DNA of 64,000 nucleotides from Pseudomonadota bacterium (GTDB lineage Bacteria > Pseudomonadota > Gammaproteobacteria > Berkiellales > Berkiellaceae): contig JAFECS010000011.1 in the NCBI GenBank assembly GCA_018241965.1, positions 92,690 through 156,689 on the forward strand. Direction: 5' to 3'. The notes beneath the pieces were generated by a model. The model worked only from the letters and a program-made list of their open reading frames with translations, was not told the DNA's origin and ran no database searches. Positions 1-9,695 of this stretch are shown piece after piece; positions within the stretch are counted from its first letter, which is position 1; each line of letters opens with the position of its first letter. Position numbers and translations under genes: made by a program.

Positions 1-4
1 CTTC

Positions 5-2050
5 ATGGCCATTTTTTTTAGCCTCTCTATCTTTTTAGGCGCATCACTACTTTTTATAGTGCAACCTTTGATTGCGAAAAAATTACTTCCCTGGTTTGGT
101 GGTTCGCCGCTGGTCTGGTTATCTATTGTTTTATTTTTTCAAACCATTCTTTTGTTGGGGTATCTTTATGCTTATGGATTAACCAAGCTGAAGTCTCATT
201 TCACTCAAATCAAAATACATGGCGTGTTGATTACTGCTTCTTTGTTTTTTTTACCTATCATCCCTTTAGAAACCCATTTAGTTTCTGATGTTTGGCCACC
301 CATTAGCATTTTTATCCTGCTCATATCTACTTTATGCTTACCCGCCATACTGTTATCCGCCTCAAGCCCTTTGCTACAGTATTGGTATTGTCAATGTTAC
401 CAAACAGATTTCCCTTATCGATATTATGCTCTGTCAAACGCAGGATCGCTGCTAGGATTACTTGCTTTTCCTTTTTTATTAGAACCTTATTTTGGACTTA
501 AATTTCAATTTTATGCCTGGTCTGTATTTTACATGCTGTATATACTTTGCGTCGGAGGTTGTCTTTATATTACCTACAGCAAAGCACCCAAAGTTTCTGT
601 AGTAACCACCTCGCAAGCCGTACTAAAAAAATCTGACATAGGCGCTTGGACGTTACTGACTTTTCTCGGATCAACGTTATTACTTTCCTCGACGCAAGTA
701 ATTTTACAAAATGTTGCCGGGTTCCCTTTACTGTGGGTCGCTCCTTTGTCATTATATTTGATCACTTTTATTATTACTTTTGGCCATCCGCGTTTTTATG
801 TCAGAGAAATATTTAGCGGAATTTTTGCCATTTTGTGTGCCACTATTTTCTATTACCCCTCCCATCACACCCTTTCATTCTGGGTGCAAATTGCACTTTA
901 TTCTGCTTTACTTTTCTCTGGGTGCATGATTTGCCATGGAGAATTGATACGGTTAAAACCTCATACATCACGATTAACCACCTATTATTTATTCATCGCT
1001 TTAGGCGGTGTCCTGGGCGGTGTTTTTGTGAACCTGATTGCCCCAGTTCTATTTAATCAATGGTGGGATTTTTATCTTACCCTATTTGCCATCTTGCTAT
1101 GCGCTGGTTTTTACTATTTCATTTCTACATCTTCTTTTTATGCACACTTCGCTGTTAAAGGGATTTGGTTACTTGCTTATATTGGGCTTGGGCTACTGTT
1201 GTGTTACCACATCAACACTGTCAACGTTGATGTGATTTTGAATCATCGTAATTTTTTTGGTAGCTTTGAAGTTGCGGACAAATTCCCAAACAATGAAGAG
1301 TATCATTATCATTCGCTCACCAATGGTAACATTATCCATGGTAAACAATTTGTTTTTGCCCCCAAAAGAAATGAACCAACCACGTATTATAGCCAGCAAA
1401 GTGGTATTGGCTTGGCCATTGCTTATGAGCGCCAACTTAATCAAAACAAATACCGCGGACTTTCGATTGGCGTAATTGGCTTAGGGGCTGGCACTATCGC
1501 TTCGTTGAGTACTTTGAATGATTCTTTACGGTTTTATGAAATTGATCCCGATATTGAAAAAATGGCTAAACAATATTTCTATTATTTACATGATGCCAAA
1601 GCAAAAACTGAAGTCATTATTGGCGATGGAAGAATAAAACTGCTAGAAGAACTTGCCAATACAGGCTCAAATCAATTTGATGTCTTAGCCATCGACGCCT
1701 TTAGTGGTGATGCCATTCCCGTACACCTGCTAACACTTGAAGCAATGCAAATATATTTATCGCATTTATCTCATGATGGTATCTTAGCATTTCATATTTC
1801 CAGTCGTTATGTGGATTTATACCCACCCTTACAAGCTTTGGCAACGCATCTTAAACTATTCACCTTTACAACCGTTAACGATGAAGATCTACTAAAAGGA
1901 ATTTTTACTTCTAAATGGGTTTTAATGAGTCAAAATGGCGATCTGGGTGCATTTTTGTATGTGAGCCAAAATCTTATTTTTCCTCCAGAAAGAATGGCCC
2001 CTTTATGGACAGATGACTATAACACGCTCTTGAATGTTATTAAGTGGTGA
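5..2050 (+). CDS. Fused multi-TM membrane protein / spermidine-synthase-like SAM-dependent transferase
   Basis: About 400 aa of successive hydrophobic helices, then a Rossmann-type domain with VIGLGAGT, YEIDP, IGDGR and IDAFSGDAIPVHL motifs. Confidence 0.85.
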   Translation: MAIFFSLSIFLGASLLFIVQPLIAKKLLPWFGGSPLVWLSIVLFFQTILLLGYLYAYGLTKLKSHFTQIKIHGVLITASLFFLPIIPLETHLVSDVWPPISIFILLISTLCLPAILLSASSPLLQYWYCQCYQTDFPYRYYALSNAGSLLGLLAFPFLLEPYFGLKFQFYAWSVFYMLYILCVGGCLYITYSKAPKVSVVTTSQAVLKKSDIGAWTLLTFLGSTLLLSSTQVILQNVAGFPLLWVAPLSLYLITFIITFGHPRFYVREIFSGIFAILCATIFYYPSHHTLSFWVQIALYSALLFSGCMICHGELIRLKPHTSRLTTYYLFIALGGVLGGVFVNLIAPVLFNQWWDFYLTLFAILLCAGFYYFISTSSFYAHFAVKGIWLLAYIGLGLLLCYHINTVNVDVILNHRNFFGSFEVADKFPNNEEYHYHSLTNGNIIHGKQFVFAPKRNEPTTYYSQQSGIGLAIAYERQLNQNKYRGLSIGVIGLGAGTIASLSTLNDSLRFYEIDPDIEKMAKQYFYYLHDAKAKTEVIIGDGRIKLLEELANTGSNQFDVLAIDAFSGDAIPVHLLTLEAMQIYLSHLSHDGILAFHISSRYVDLYPPLQALATHLKLFTFTTVNDEDLLKGIFTSKWVLMSQNGDLGAFLYVSQNLIFPPERMAPLWTDDYNTLLNVIKW

Positions 2051-2091
2051 TTTAGACTACACCCCCCTTCAACAAATATGCATTTAAGTTT

Positions 2092-4104
2092 ATGTTTGAA
2101 CTCAATGCCCAGCAACAAGCTGCCATCAAATATATTGATGGACCTTTACTCGTCATTGCAGGTGCCGGCAGTGGCAAAACGCGTGTTATTACGCAAAAAA
2201 TTGCTTACTTAATTGAACATTGTCAACTGCCTGCTAAAAATATTTATGCGGTTACCTTTACCAATAAAGCTGCCCGAGAAATGGCAGCGCGTGTACAAAA
2301 GTTATTTGCTAAACGAAAAGTTTCAGGTATTCATGTTTCAACCTTTCATTCATTAGGCTTAGATATTATCAAAAAGGAAGCCAATGCCTTATCACTTGGC
2401 ACCAATTTTACCTTATTTGACGCACAAGACAGTGTTAACCTCCTAAAAGAATTAAGCCAAAAACTCACTGCTGTGAGCGAAGATCATCTCAATGATATTC
2501 AACACCATATTTCTAATTGGAAAAATGATTTAATCACTCCCGAAGAGGCTGTGTCTATTAGCCAAACTCCTCAACAACATTTGGCAGCTAGATTTTACCT
2601 TGCCTATGAAAACACCTTGCGTGCTTATAACGCTGTTGATTTTGATGATTTAATTGCTTTACCTGTTAAATTGTTTCAAGACAATCCGCTTGTTTTAGAG
2701 CGCTGGCAAAACAAAATGCGCTATCTTTTAGTTGATGAATATCAAGATACCAATACCGCGCAATATACGCTGATTAAACTATTGTGTGGGGCAAGAGGAG
2801 CGCTTACCGTCGTAGGCGATGATGATCAATCAATTTATGCTTGGCGCGGTGCGAAACCTGAAAACATTCAATTATTACAACAAGACTATCCACAGTTAAA
2901 AGTCATTAAGTTAGAACAAAATTATCGCTCAACCAGCACCATTTTAAGTGCTGCCAATCAACTGATTGCCAACAATCCTCATGTGTTTGAAAAAAAATTG
3001 TGGAGTAGTCTTGGCCAAGGTGAACCGATACGGATCTTGACCACCCCCAATGAAGAGGGCGAATTTGAACGGGTTATCAATGAATTATTAGCGCACCAAT
3101 TTCGCTATAAACTCCCTTATGATCACTACGCTGTTTTATATCGTTCAAACCATCAAGCCAGAAATTTAGAAAAAGCCTTACGTGCAAATGCTATTCCTTA
3201 TCAAATCAGCGGCGGAACTTCTTTCTTTGCGCGCAGCGAAATCAAAGATCTATTTGCCTATTTCCGCTTAATGACCAACCATGATGATGATGCTGCATTT
3301 TTACGTTGTGTGAATACCCCTAAACGCGATATTGGGCCTGCGACTTTAGAAAAATTAGGGCTGTACGCAAAATCAAGAGGATGCAGCTTATTTAATGCCT
3401 CCCAAGAATTTGGCTTGTCAGAATTTTTACAAGACGCGCAAAGAAGCAGATTGCAAGATTTTGCAACCATGATTATGCAAACCTTTGAAAAATCAAATTC
3501 AGATGAATGCATGAGTGTATTGCAAAGCTTTGTGAAAGAAATCGGTTATTATGATTATTTAACCGACACTTCTGCCTCCCCTCAAAGCGCTGAAAAGCGC
3601 ATTGAGAATGTGCTTGAATTGCTTGCTTGGCTTAGCAACCTCATTAAAGAAGAAGGACAAAATCTCTCTTTTCAGGATGCTATTCACAAAATGATGTTGT
3701 TAGATATTCTTGATAGAGAATCTAAACAAGATACCAATAGAGTGCAATTAATGACCTTACATGCTGCCAAAGGTTTAGAATTTCCCCATGTTTTCATTGT
3801 TGGTTGTGAAGAAGAAATTTTGCCACATAAAACCAGTATTGAACAAAACACCATTGAGGAAGAGCGTCGTTTAGCTTATGTGGGCATGACCCGTGCACAA
3901 AAAACCTTAACCTTAACCTATGCTAAACAAAGAAAACGCTATGGTGAGCAACAGCTCATTATCCCCAGCCGATTTTTAGATGAATTGCCTGTTGAGTTAG
4001 TTTATCGTGAAGAAACCGCTGCGCCAAAATCTGAAGAAGAAACGCGCGCCAGTGGCCAAGCCCATTTATTAGCATTAAAAGCGATGTTGCAGGATCATAA
4101 CTAG
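2092..4104 (+). CDS. rep: ATP-dependent DNA helicase Rep
   Basis: AGAGSGKT, VTFTNKAA, VDEYQDTN, LEQNYRS, TLHAAKGLEF and EERRLAYVGMTRA motifs; 670 aa without the UvrD C-terminal domain; a separate uvrD is present. Confidence 0.9.
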   Translation: MFELNAQQQAAIKYIDGPLLVIAGAGSGKTRVITQKIAYLIEHCQLPAKNIYAVTFTNKAAREMAARVQKLFAKRKVSGIHVSTFHSLGLDIIKKEANALSLGTNFTLFDAQDSVNLLKELSQKLTAVSEDHLNDIQHHISNWKNDLITPEEAVSISQTPQQHLAARFYLAYENTLRAYNAVDFDDLIALPVKLFQDNPLVLERWQNKMRYLLVDEYQDTNTAQYTLIKLLCGARGALTVVGDDDQSIYAWRGAKPENIQLLQQDYPQLKVIKLEQNYRSTSTILSAANQLIANNPHVFEKKLWSSLGQGEPIRILTTPNEEGEFERVINELLAHQFRYKLPYDHYAVLYRSNHQARNLEKALRANAIPYQISGGTSFFARSEIKDLFAYFRLMTNHDDDAAFLRCVNTPKRDIGPATLEKLGLYAKSRGCSLFNASQEFGLSEFLQDAQRSRLQDFATMIMQTFEKSNSDECMSVLQSFVKEIGYYDYLTDTSASPQSAEKRIENVLELLAWLSNLIKEEGQNLSFQDAIHKMMLLDILDRESKQDTNRVQLMTLHAAKGLEFPHVFIVGCEEEILPHKTSIEQNTIEEERRLAYVGMTRAQKTLTLTYAKQRKRYGEQQLIIPSRFLDELPVELVYREETAAPKSEEETRASGQAHLLALKAMLQDHN

Positions 4105-4160
4105 CCCACCGTGTATGCCATACATGCCGCTAGGCATGTTGGCAGGAACGGTGGGCTAGT
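4100..4160. repeat. 61-bp nested palindrome between convergent genes (bidirectional terminator or MITE/REP-like)
   Basis: ACTAGCCCACCGT (4100-4112) pairs with ACGGTGGGCTAGT (4148-4160); inner stems TGCCA/TGGCA and ACATGCC/GGCATGT. Confidence 0.75.
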
Positions 4161-4171
4161 AAGTTTTTGAA

Positions 4172-4606
4172 TTATTTTTTCTGCGGGATCATGTACTCGA
4201 TGGTCATGCGCAATTCTTTATCCGAACATTGCATACAGGTTCCTTTAGGTGGCATGGAACCTTTACCCTTGATAGCAATAGCCAACATGCCATCAATACC
4301 CACATCCATTCTTGGTTTCCAGTCAGCTTCATTACGGAATTTAGGTGCACCGCCAACGCCGGTCGCATGGCAAACCGCACAAGTAGACTTATAACGATCT
4401 TCACCTGCGGTTTCACTAAGCTCGGTTGTTACCGCAGCAGCAACCACGCCACCCTCTGACTCAACAGAGCCAACGGGCTTAATGCGTTCAAAAATGGCTT
4501 CTTTAGTCATCGGTTCGGTGAGCTGGCCACAAGAAGCTGCTATAGAGAGTGAGGGGATCCCTAGCAGCATGGCGCAATGAACGAGTAACGTTAATATTTT
4601 TCTCAC
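4172..4606 (-). CDS. Cytochrome c5 family protein
   Basis: Signal peptide, ERIKPVG, heme motif CAVCH, MPPKGTCMQCSD. Confidence 0.9.
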   Translation of the reverse strand: MRKILTLLVHCAMLLGIPSLSIAASCGQLTEPMTKEAIFERIKPVGSVESEGGVVAAAVTTELSETAGEDRYKSTCAVCHATGVGGAPKFRNEADWKPRMDVGIDGMLAIAIKGKGSMPPKGTCMQCSDKELRMTIEYMIPQKK

Positions 4607-4723
4607 CGTGTTCTCCTGAAAGCCCTCAAACTTTTACTTTGGCGCATAGTATACCCACTCTAGGTTAAGACGAAAATATCAAAGCGAATAATCGCAATTT
4701 AGTGAGTTAATCAATTAAAAAAG

Positions 4724-5449
4724 TTATGTTAAATATAACGCTTGCCCATGTTGGCTAAGCCAAGCTTCTGCTTGTTTGTAGTGTGGAAAAAATTTTTCAA
4801 CCTTTGCCCAAAAACGTACCCCGTGATTACGATGAAATAAGTGGCAAAGTTCATGGACAACCACATAATCCAATACCGCTTCTGGCGCCAACATCAACAA
4901 CCAATTAATGTTGATTTTATCCATACCACAACTTCCCCAACGGGTTTTCTGTTTTTTAATCTGCACGGCAAGAGGGCTGCGTCCCATCACTGGACCATAA
5001 GTCTGTATAGCACGCATCACGGCTATCATGGCTTCTTCTTTATACCAAGCAACGACTTGTTGCTTAACATAGTCTGATAGTCCCTCTTGGGTTACCTTTT
5101 GCCAAGGAACGGTAATTTTTAAACCATTTGCCTCTAAAATTGTCCCTTTGTGTTTGGCAAATTTAACATTGAGCAAAATGCTTTTGTCTTTGAAACGAAG
5201 CGTTTCCCCCGCCAGAAAATGCAATGGCCAGTAGGCGCTCTTTGGTGATTTGCATTGGCGGTGGGTTAACTGTTTTAGCATCCACTTTTTATACTGCCTA
5301 ATAAACTGTAGTATCTCGCTATTTTTTATTCGGGGGGGCGCCACCACTTCGAAGGCATCCTCTTTGAATAACATATGCAAACGCTTGGCACGATGGCTTC
5401 GGCGTACGTAATAAGGTAAAGAGCTGTTATTGATCTGAATAAAGGGCAT
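4724..5449 (-). CDS. YgjP/DUF45 family zinc-dependent hydrolase (M48/SprT-like)
   Basis: QKTRWGSC and DYVVVHELCHL..NHG.RFW motifs. Confidence 0.85.
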   Translation of the reverse strand: MPFIQINNSSLPYYVRRSHRAKRLHMLFKEDAFEVVAPPRIKNSEILQFIRQYKKWMLKQLTHRQCKSPKSAYWPLHFLAGETLRFKDKSILLNVKFAKHKGTILEANGLKITVPWQKVTQEGLSDYVKQQVVAWYKEEAMIAVMRAIQTYGPVMGRSPLAVQIKKQKTRWGSCGMDKININWLLMLAPEAVLDYVVVHELCHLFHRNHGVRFWAKVEKFFPHYKQAEAWLSQHGQALYLT

Positions 5450-5507
5450 AATGTCATCAGTGATGCGTGTTATAATTAAGTATACGGTTTAAAGGAAGCT
5501 TAACTCA

Positions 5508-6458
5508 ATGGGATTGTTAATCGATGGCAAGTGGCACGACCAATGGTATGACACGCAAAAAACCAAAGGGGAATTTGTCAGAGAACAAAGCCAATTTAGG
5601 AATTGGATAACCATTGATGGCCAACCCGGCCCGACCGGCAAAGGCGGATTTAAAGCCCAAAGTGGGCGTTATCATTTGTATGTCTCTTATGCCTGCCCCT
5701 GGGCGCATCGTGCGCTTATCTTTCGCGCCTTAAAAGACTTAAACGAACATATTTCTGTCAATATAGTTCATCCACATATGCTAGAAAACGGATGGTCTTT
5801 TGATAAACAAGATCCTTTTTTGCACGATACACTTCACCATAGTCAGTATTTATATGAAGTTTATCTTAAAGCAAACCCGCATTTTACCGGCCGTGTGACA
5901 GTACCCGTGTTGTGGGATAAAGAACAATCCACGATTGTGAATAATGAATCTGCGGAAATAATCCGCATGTTTAATTCTGCCTTTAATGATATAACCGGCA
6001 ACCAAGCGGATTTTTATCCCAAAGCCTTACAAACTAAAATAGATACCATCAATCAATTTGTCTATGAAAATATTAACAATGGTGTCTATCGCTGTGGCTT
6101 TGCCACTACGCAAGATGCCTATGATAAAGCTTTTGACAAACTATTTAATGCGATAGAGGAAATAGAAAACACTTTAGCGACCAATCAATATTTAGTAGGC
6201 GATACCATCACGGAGGCCGATTGGCGATTATTTACTACCCTGATCCGTTTTGATGCCGTTTATTATAGCCACTTTAAGTGTAATTTACGGCGCATGAAGG
6301 ATTATCCTAATCTATCTCGTTACCTGGAAGAGCTTTTTCTTTATCCGGGCATTAAACAAACCGTGCATTTTGATCATATCAAACATCATTATTATTTTAG
6401 TCAAAAGCAAATCAACCCTACCCAAATCATCCCCAAGGGACCACTTTTAGACTTTTAA
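5508..6458 (+). CDS. yqjG: Glutathionyl-hydroquinone reductase (omega/Xi-class GST)
   Basis: MGLLIDGKW start, YACPWAHR active site, TVPVLWDK, NNESAEI, INNGVYRCGFA. Confidence 0.9.
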   Translation: MGLLIDGKWHDQWYDTQKTKGEFVREQSQFRNWITIDGQPGPTGKGGFKAQSGRYHLYVSYACPWAHRALIFRALKDLNEHISVNIVHPHMLENGWSFDKQDPFLHDTLHHSQYLYEVYLKANPHFTGRVTVPVLWDKEQSTIVNNESAEIIRMFNSAFNDITGNQADFYPKALQTKIDTINQFVYENINNGVYRCGFATTQDAYDKAFDKLFNAIEEIENTLATNQYLVGDTITEADWRLFTTLIRFDAVYYSHFKCNLRRMKDYPNLSRYLEELFLYPGIKQTVHFDHIKHHYYFSQKQINPTQIIPKGPLLDF

Positions 6459-6473
6459 AGGGTTAATATCATC

Positions 6474-7319
6474 ATGGGTGAAACAACATTAATCAGACCC
6501 TTTTTAAAATGGCCCGGCGGCAAATATCGCCTTTTACCCGTGTTGCAGGAGTTTTTACCGCCAAGAAATTGTTTAGTAGAGCCCTTTGCTGGCGCAGGTG
6601 CGCTGTTTATCAACAGCATGCATCGTGAAGTGATTGTGAACGATATTAATCCGGATTTAATTAACTTATTTCGTCTTTTGCAAACACAAGGTGATGATTT
6701 TATCATCGATGCCAAAAAATTATTTGTGCATAAAAATAATCACAAACAATCTTACTATCGTCTACGAGAACGTTTTAATAGCATCCAAACGCCATGGGAG
6801 CGGGCACTTTTATTTCTTTACTTGAATAGGCACGGTTATAATGGATTATGCCGATACAATGCCAAAGGCATTTATAATGTTCCCTTTGGCGATTATGTTA
6901 AGCCGTATTTTCCTCTGGATGAGCTTCACTATTTTAAACAACGCGCCAAACAGGTTACCTTTCATTGCCAAGATTTTGTTGATTTTCTAACGCCTTTTTT
7001 AAAATATCCAAAGCGTAAAATGCAGCAGATAACCTTTTATTGCGATCCACCTTATGCGCCATTAAGCGCCACAGCAAATTTTACAGGCTATGCGCAACAA
7101 CATTTTTCATTAAACCATCAACAACAATTAGCCGATTTAGCGCACGCTTTAGCTAAAAAGGGGGCTACCGTGCTGATTAGCAATCACAATACCCCTTTTA
7201 CGCGTGAAATATATCGACATGCCATATGTACGTTGCTGGAAGTAAGAAGATCGATCAGCTGCAAGACTAAAGCACGCAATAAAGTGTCTGAACTAATTGC
7301 TTGCTTTAGTGCTTCTTAA
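6474..7319 (+). CDS. dam: Dam-family DNA adenine methyltransferase
   Basis: FLKWPGGK, EPFAGAG, GYNGLCRYN, NVPFG and catalytic DPPY. Confidence 0.9.
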   Translation: MGETTLIRPFLKWPGGKYRLLPVLQEFLPPRNCLVEPFAGAGALFINSMHREVIVNDINPDLINLFRLLQTQGDDFIIDAKKLFVHKNNHKQSYYRLRERFNSIQTPWERALLFLYLNRHGYNGLCRYNAKGIYNVPFGDYVKPYFPLDELHYFKQRAKQVTFHCQDFVDFLTPFLKYPKRKMQQITFYCDPPYAPLSATANFTGYAQQHFSLNHQQQLADLAHALAKKGATVLISNHNTPFTREIYRHAICTLLEVRRSISCKTKARNKVSELIACFSAS

Positions 7320-7328
7320 AGAGGGGAT

Positions 7329-8000
7329 TTATTGCGCCTGTTTGATTAGCTCATTGAGCACTTTAATAAGCTCATCTTCGCTACCGGCAAATCGAACTGC
7401 GCTCAAGAATATCCCTTTGGGACCTTGAACAACGATGCAAGGAACTGCCGTAATCCTATAGGCTTGAGCAATACTCACTGCCCATTTTTGCTTACGAGTT
7501 ACCTCGAACGAATTAAACGTTTTGCTAAAATCTTGTGCTGAAATACCTGCATCCACAAAAAACTGCTTTAAAGAATCTTCTGAACTATCTTTGATTCTTT
7601 CTGTTTGGATAGCATCGAATAATGCTGTATGCACTTTATCAACGGCGTTAAGCTCAACTTCAGTGTAATAAGCTTTGGTTAAAGTCGCCCAGGTAGGGTG
7701 AAATTCAACGGGAACTCTTTGAAAGCTCACGCCAGTTGGCATGGTTTTACGCCATTTCTCAATATAGGGATCTAATTTGAAACACCAGCTACAACCGTAG
7801 CTGAAAAACTCTAGCACTTGGACTTTGCCATTGCCTTCTTTGAGTAAATCTTTGACTAAATCATTTTGCTCTACGCTAGCTGGCAAGCGCTGATAGTGTT
7901 TACCTTCAATATAAGGACCATTGGCCGCATAAGCCGAATAAACCAACATGAGCCCAAGCACCAAAATGGCGACATAAACAATACCACCAAGTGTTCTCAT
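7329..8000 (-). CDS. dsbA: Thiol:disulfide interchange protein DsbA
   Basis: Signal peptide, EFFSYGCSWC (CXXC), cis-Pro loop AVP; follows cytochrome c4 as in many gammaproteobacteria. Confidence 0.85.
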   Translation of the reverse strand: MRTLGGIVYVAILVLGLMLVYSAYAANGPYIEGKHYQRLPASVEQNDLVKDLLKEGNGKVQVLEFFSYGCSWCFKLDPYIEKWRKTMPTGVSFQRVPVEFHPTWATLTKAYYTEVELNAVDKVHTALFDAIQTERIKDSSEDSLKQFFVDAGISAQDFSKTFNSFEVTRKQKWAVSIAQAYRITAVPCIVVQGPKGIFLSAVRFAGSEDELIKVLNELIKQAQ

Positions 8001-8011
8001 TTATCCCTCCT

Positions 8012-8836
8012 TTATTTTAATCCTTCAATATAACTGCTTACGGCTTTAATTTCCTCGTTACTCATCCTGTGGGCAATACTTTCCATCATTTCGTTAGGGC
8101 TATTTTTGCGTTTACCATCACGAAAGGCGATTAATTGGTTTTCAATATACACCGCATGTTGCCCGGCCAGCTTGGGGAACTTCGCTGCTTCATTGCCTTT
8201 ACCTTCTGGGCCATGGCAAGCCAAACAAGCACTCACACCCGTTTGCACATTACCACCACGGTAAATTCTTTGCCCTAAAGCAACATAGGCATCCTGCGCT
8301 TTACCCATAGTTTGCTTTTCATTGGCATAAAACGCTGCTAAATCAGCGATATCTTGATCAGTTAAATTGGCGACCATGCCGTACATAGAGCCTTCATAGC
8401 GCGGCCCTTTTTCACCAGCACGAAAATCTTTTAGTTGTTTAACAAGATAATTTTCATATTGGCCAGCAATCTTGGGCCAATTAGGGACGGTGCTATTACC
8501 ATCTTGGCCATGGCAAGCAACGCAGGTTTGGGTTTTGCCTTTACCGGCGGCAGCATCTCCTACCAACACTTTATTTTCAGTTGGCATAGCAGCTTCAGCT
8601 TGTTGTGGAGCCGCTTGAGCTTTTTCTGGCACAGCCGCCTCTTGTTTGCTAGCAGGCTCACCACCTTCGGTGTTTGCTTTAGGTGCTTCAGCAGAAGCCT
8701 TTTCAACGGTAGCCTTTTCGGCCTCTGTAGTAGGCTCCCCTTTTGCCTTTGCAGGCTCTGTGTGCGCTGAGGCATAGCTCATTAAGGGGTTTATTATTAA
8801 AGCAACAACTAATAGAAGTTTTCCTAGGCTATTCAT
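8012..8836 (-). CDS. Diheme cytochrome c4
   Basis: Two CxxCH motifs (CVACH, CLACH), PKIAGQ and PKLAGQ; divergent from engB. Confidence 0.9.
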   Translation of the reverse strand: MNSLGKLLLVVALIINPLMSYASAHTEPAKAKGEPTTEAEKATVEKASAEAPKANTEGGEPASKQEAAVPEKAQAAPQQAEAAMPTENKVLVGDAAAGKGKTQTCVACHGQDGNSTVPNWPKIAGQYENYLVKQLKDFRAGEKGPRYEGSMYGMVANLTDQDIADLAAFYANEKQTMGKAQDAYVALGQRIYRGGNVQTGVSACLACHGPEGKGNEAAKFPKLAGQHAVYIENQLIAFRDGKRKNSPNEMMESIAHRMSNEEIKAVSSYIEGLK

Positions 8837-9032
8837 CTTTGTGTCAATCCAATTTTCCTATGAAGGGCTTTTTAAGGCTGCTCAAAAGCTTTTTAAATTG
8901 CTAGTGTTTACTTGCTAACCCATGGTAAGATAACCATAGCTAAAAAGAATGCCAACTTATACCAACAACTATAGAGTGTGGTCAATAACGACCTGAAGGT
9001 TGTTTTGCTAGCATAACCAAAATTAGAGCGCT

Positions 9033-9689
9033 ATGTCTGATCTAGATCTCCCCAAACCACAGCATTTTGACTTCTCCCAAATTGAATTTATCAAAAGTTC
9101 CCCTTCGCTAGCGCAAAGTCCCGAAGACGTTGGGATAGAAGTGGCATTTGTGGGACGTTCTAACGCCGGCAAGTCCAGTGCAATTAATGCGATTGCAGGC
9201 AGAGCCAATCTGGCCAGAACCAGTAAAACCCCCGGACGAACCCAGTTGATTAATTTTTTTAAAATTGATGAGCACCGACGCTTAGTTGATTTACCTGGCT
9301 ATGGCTATGCCAAAGTCCCCCAGCGTGTACAAAAACAATTGGAAGAAATGCTCACAACCTATTTAAGCCAACGACATTGCTTACAAGGCTTAATGTTATT
9401 GATGGATATTCGCCATCCGCTCATGCCCCAGGATAAGCAATTAATTCATTTTGCCAATGACTGTGAATTGCCCATTCATGTGCTTTTAACCAAATGCGAC
9501 AAATTAAAACGTGGCGCCAGTCAAAACACACTCATCCAAACTCGCCACACATTAAGTGCTTACCCGCGCGTCAGTGTGCAAACCTTTTCTGCGCTCCATC
9601 GCTTTGGTTTAGAAGAAGTGCATCAAAAATTAGACGATTGGTTTAATTTTGATGATGGCATTGGCGCCTCTAATAGAAATTTTTCCTAA
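9033..9689 (+). CDS. engB: Ribosome biogenesis GTPase YihA/YsxC
   Basis: GRSNAGKSS, SKTPGRT, DLPGYG, TKCD. Confidence 0.95.
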   Translation: MSDLDLPKPQHFDFSQIEFIKSSPSLAQSPEDVGIEVAFVGRSNAGKSSAINAIAGRANLARTSKTPGRTQLINFFKIDEHRRLVDLPGYGYAKVPQRVQKQLEEMLTTYLSQRHCLQGLMLLMDIRHPLMPQDKQLIHFANDCELPIHVLLTKCDKLKRGASQNTLIQTRHTLSAYPRVSVQTFSALHRFGLEEVHQKLDDWFNFDDGIGASNRNFS

Positions 9690-9695
9690 ATTGCA

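Noticed and set aside
6474-7319. Restriction-modification system around dam
   Set aside because: No adjacent endonuclease; flanked by yqjG and dsbA; the GIY-YIG gene is 6 kb away inside an IS
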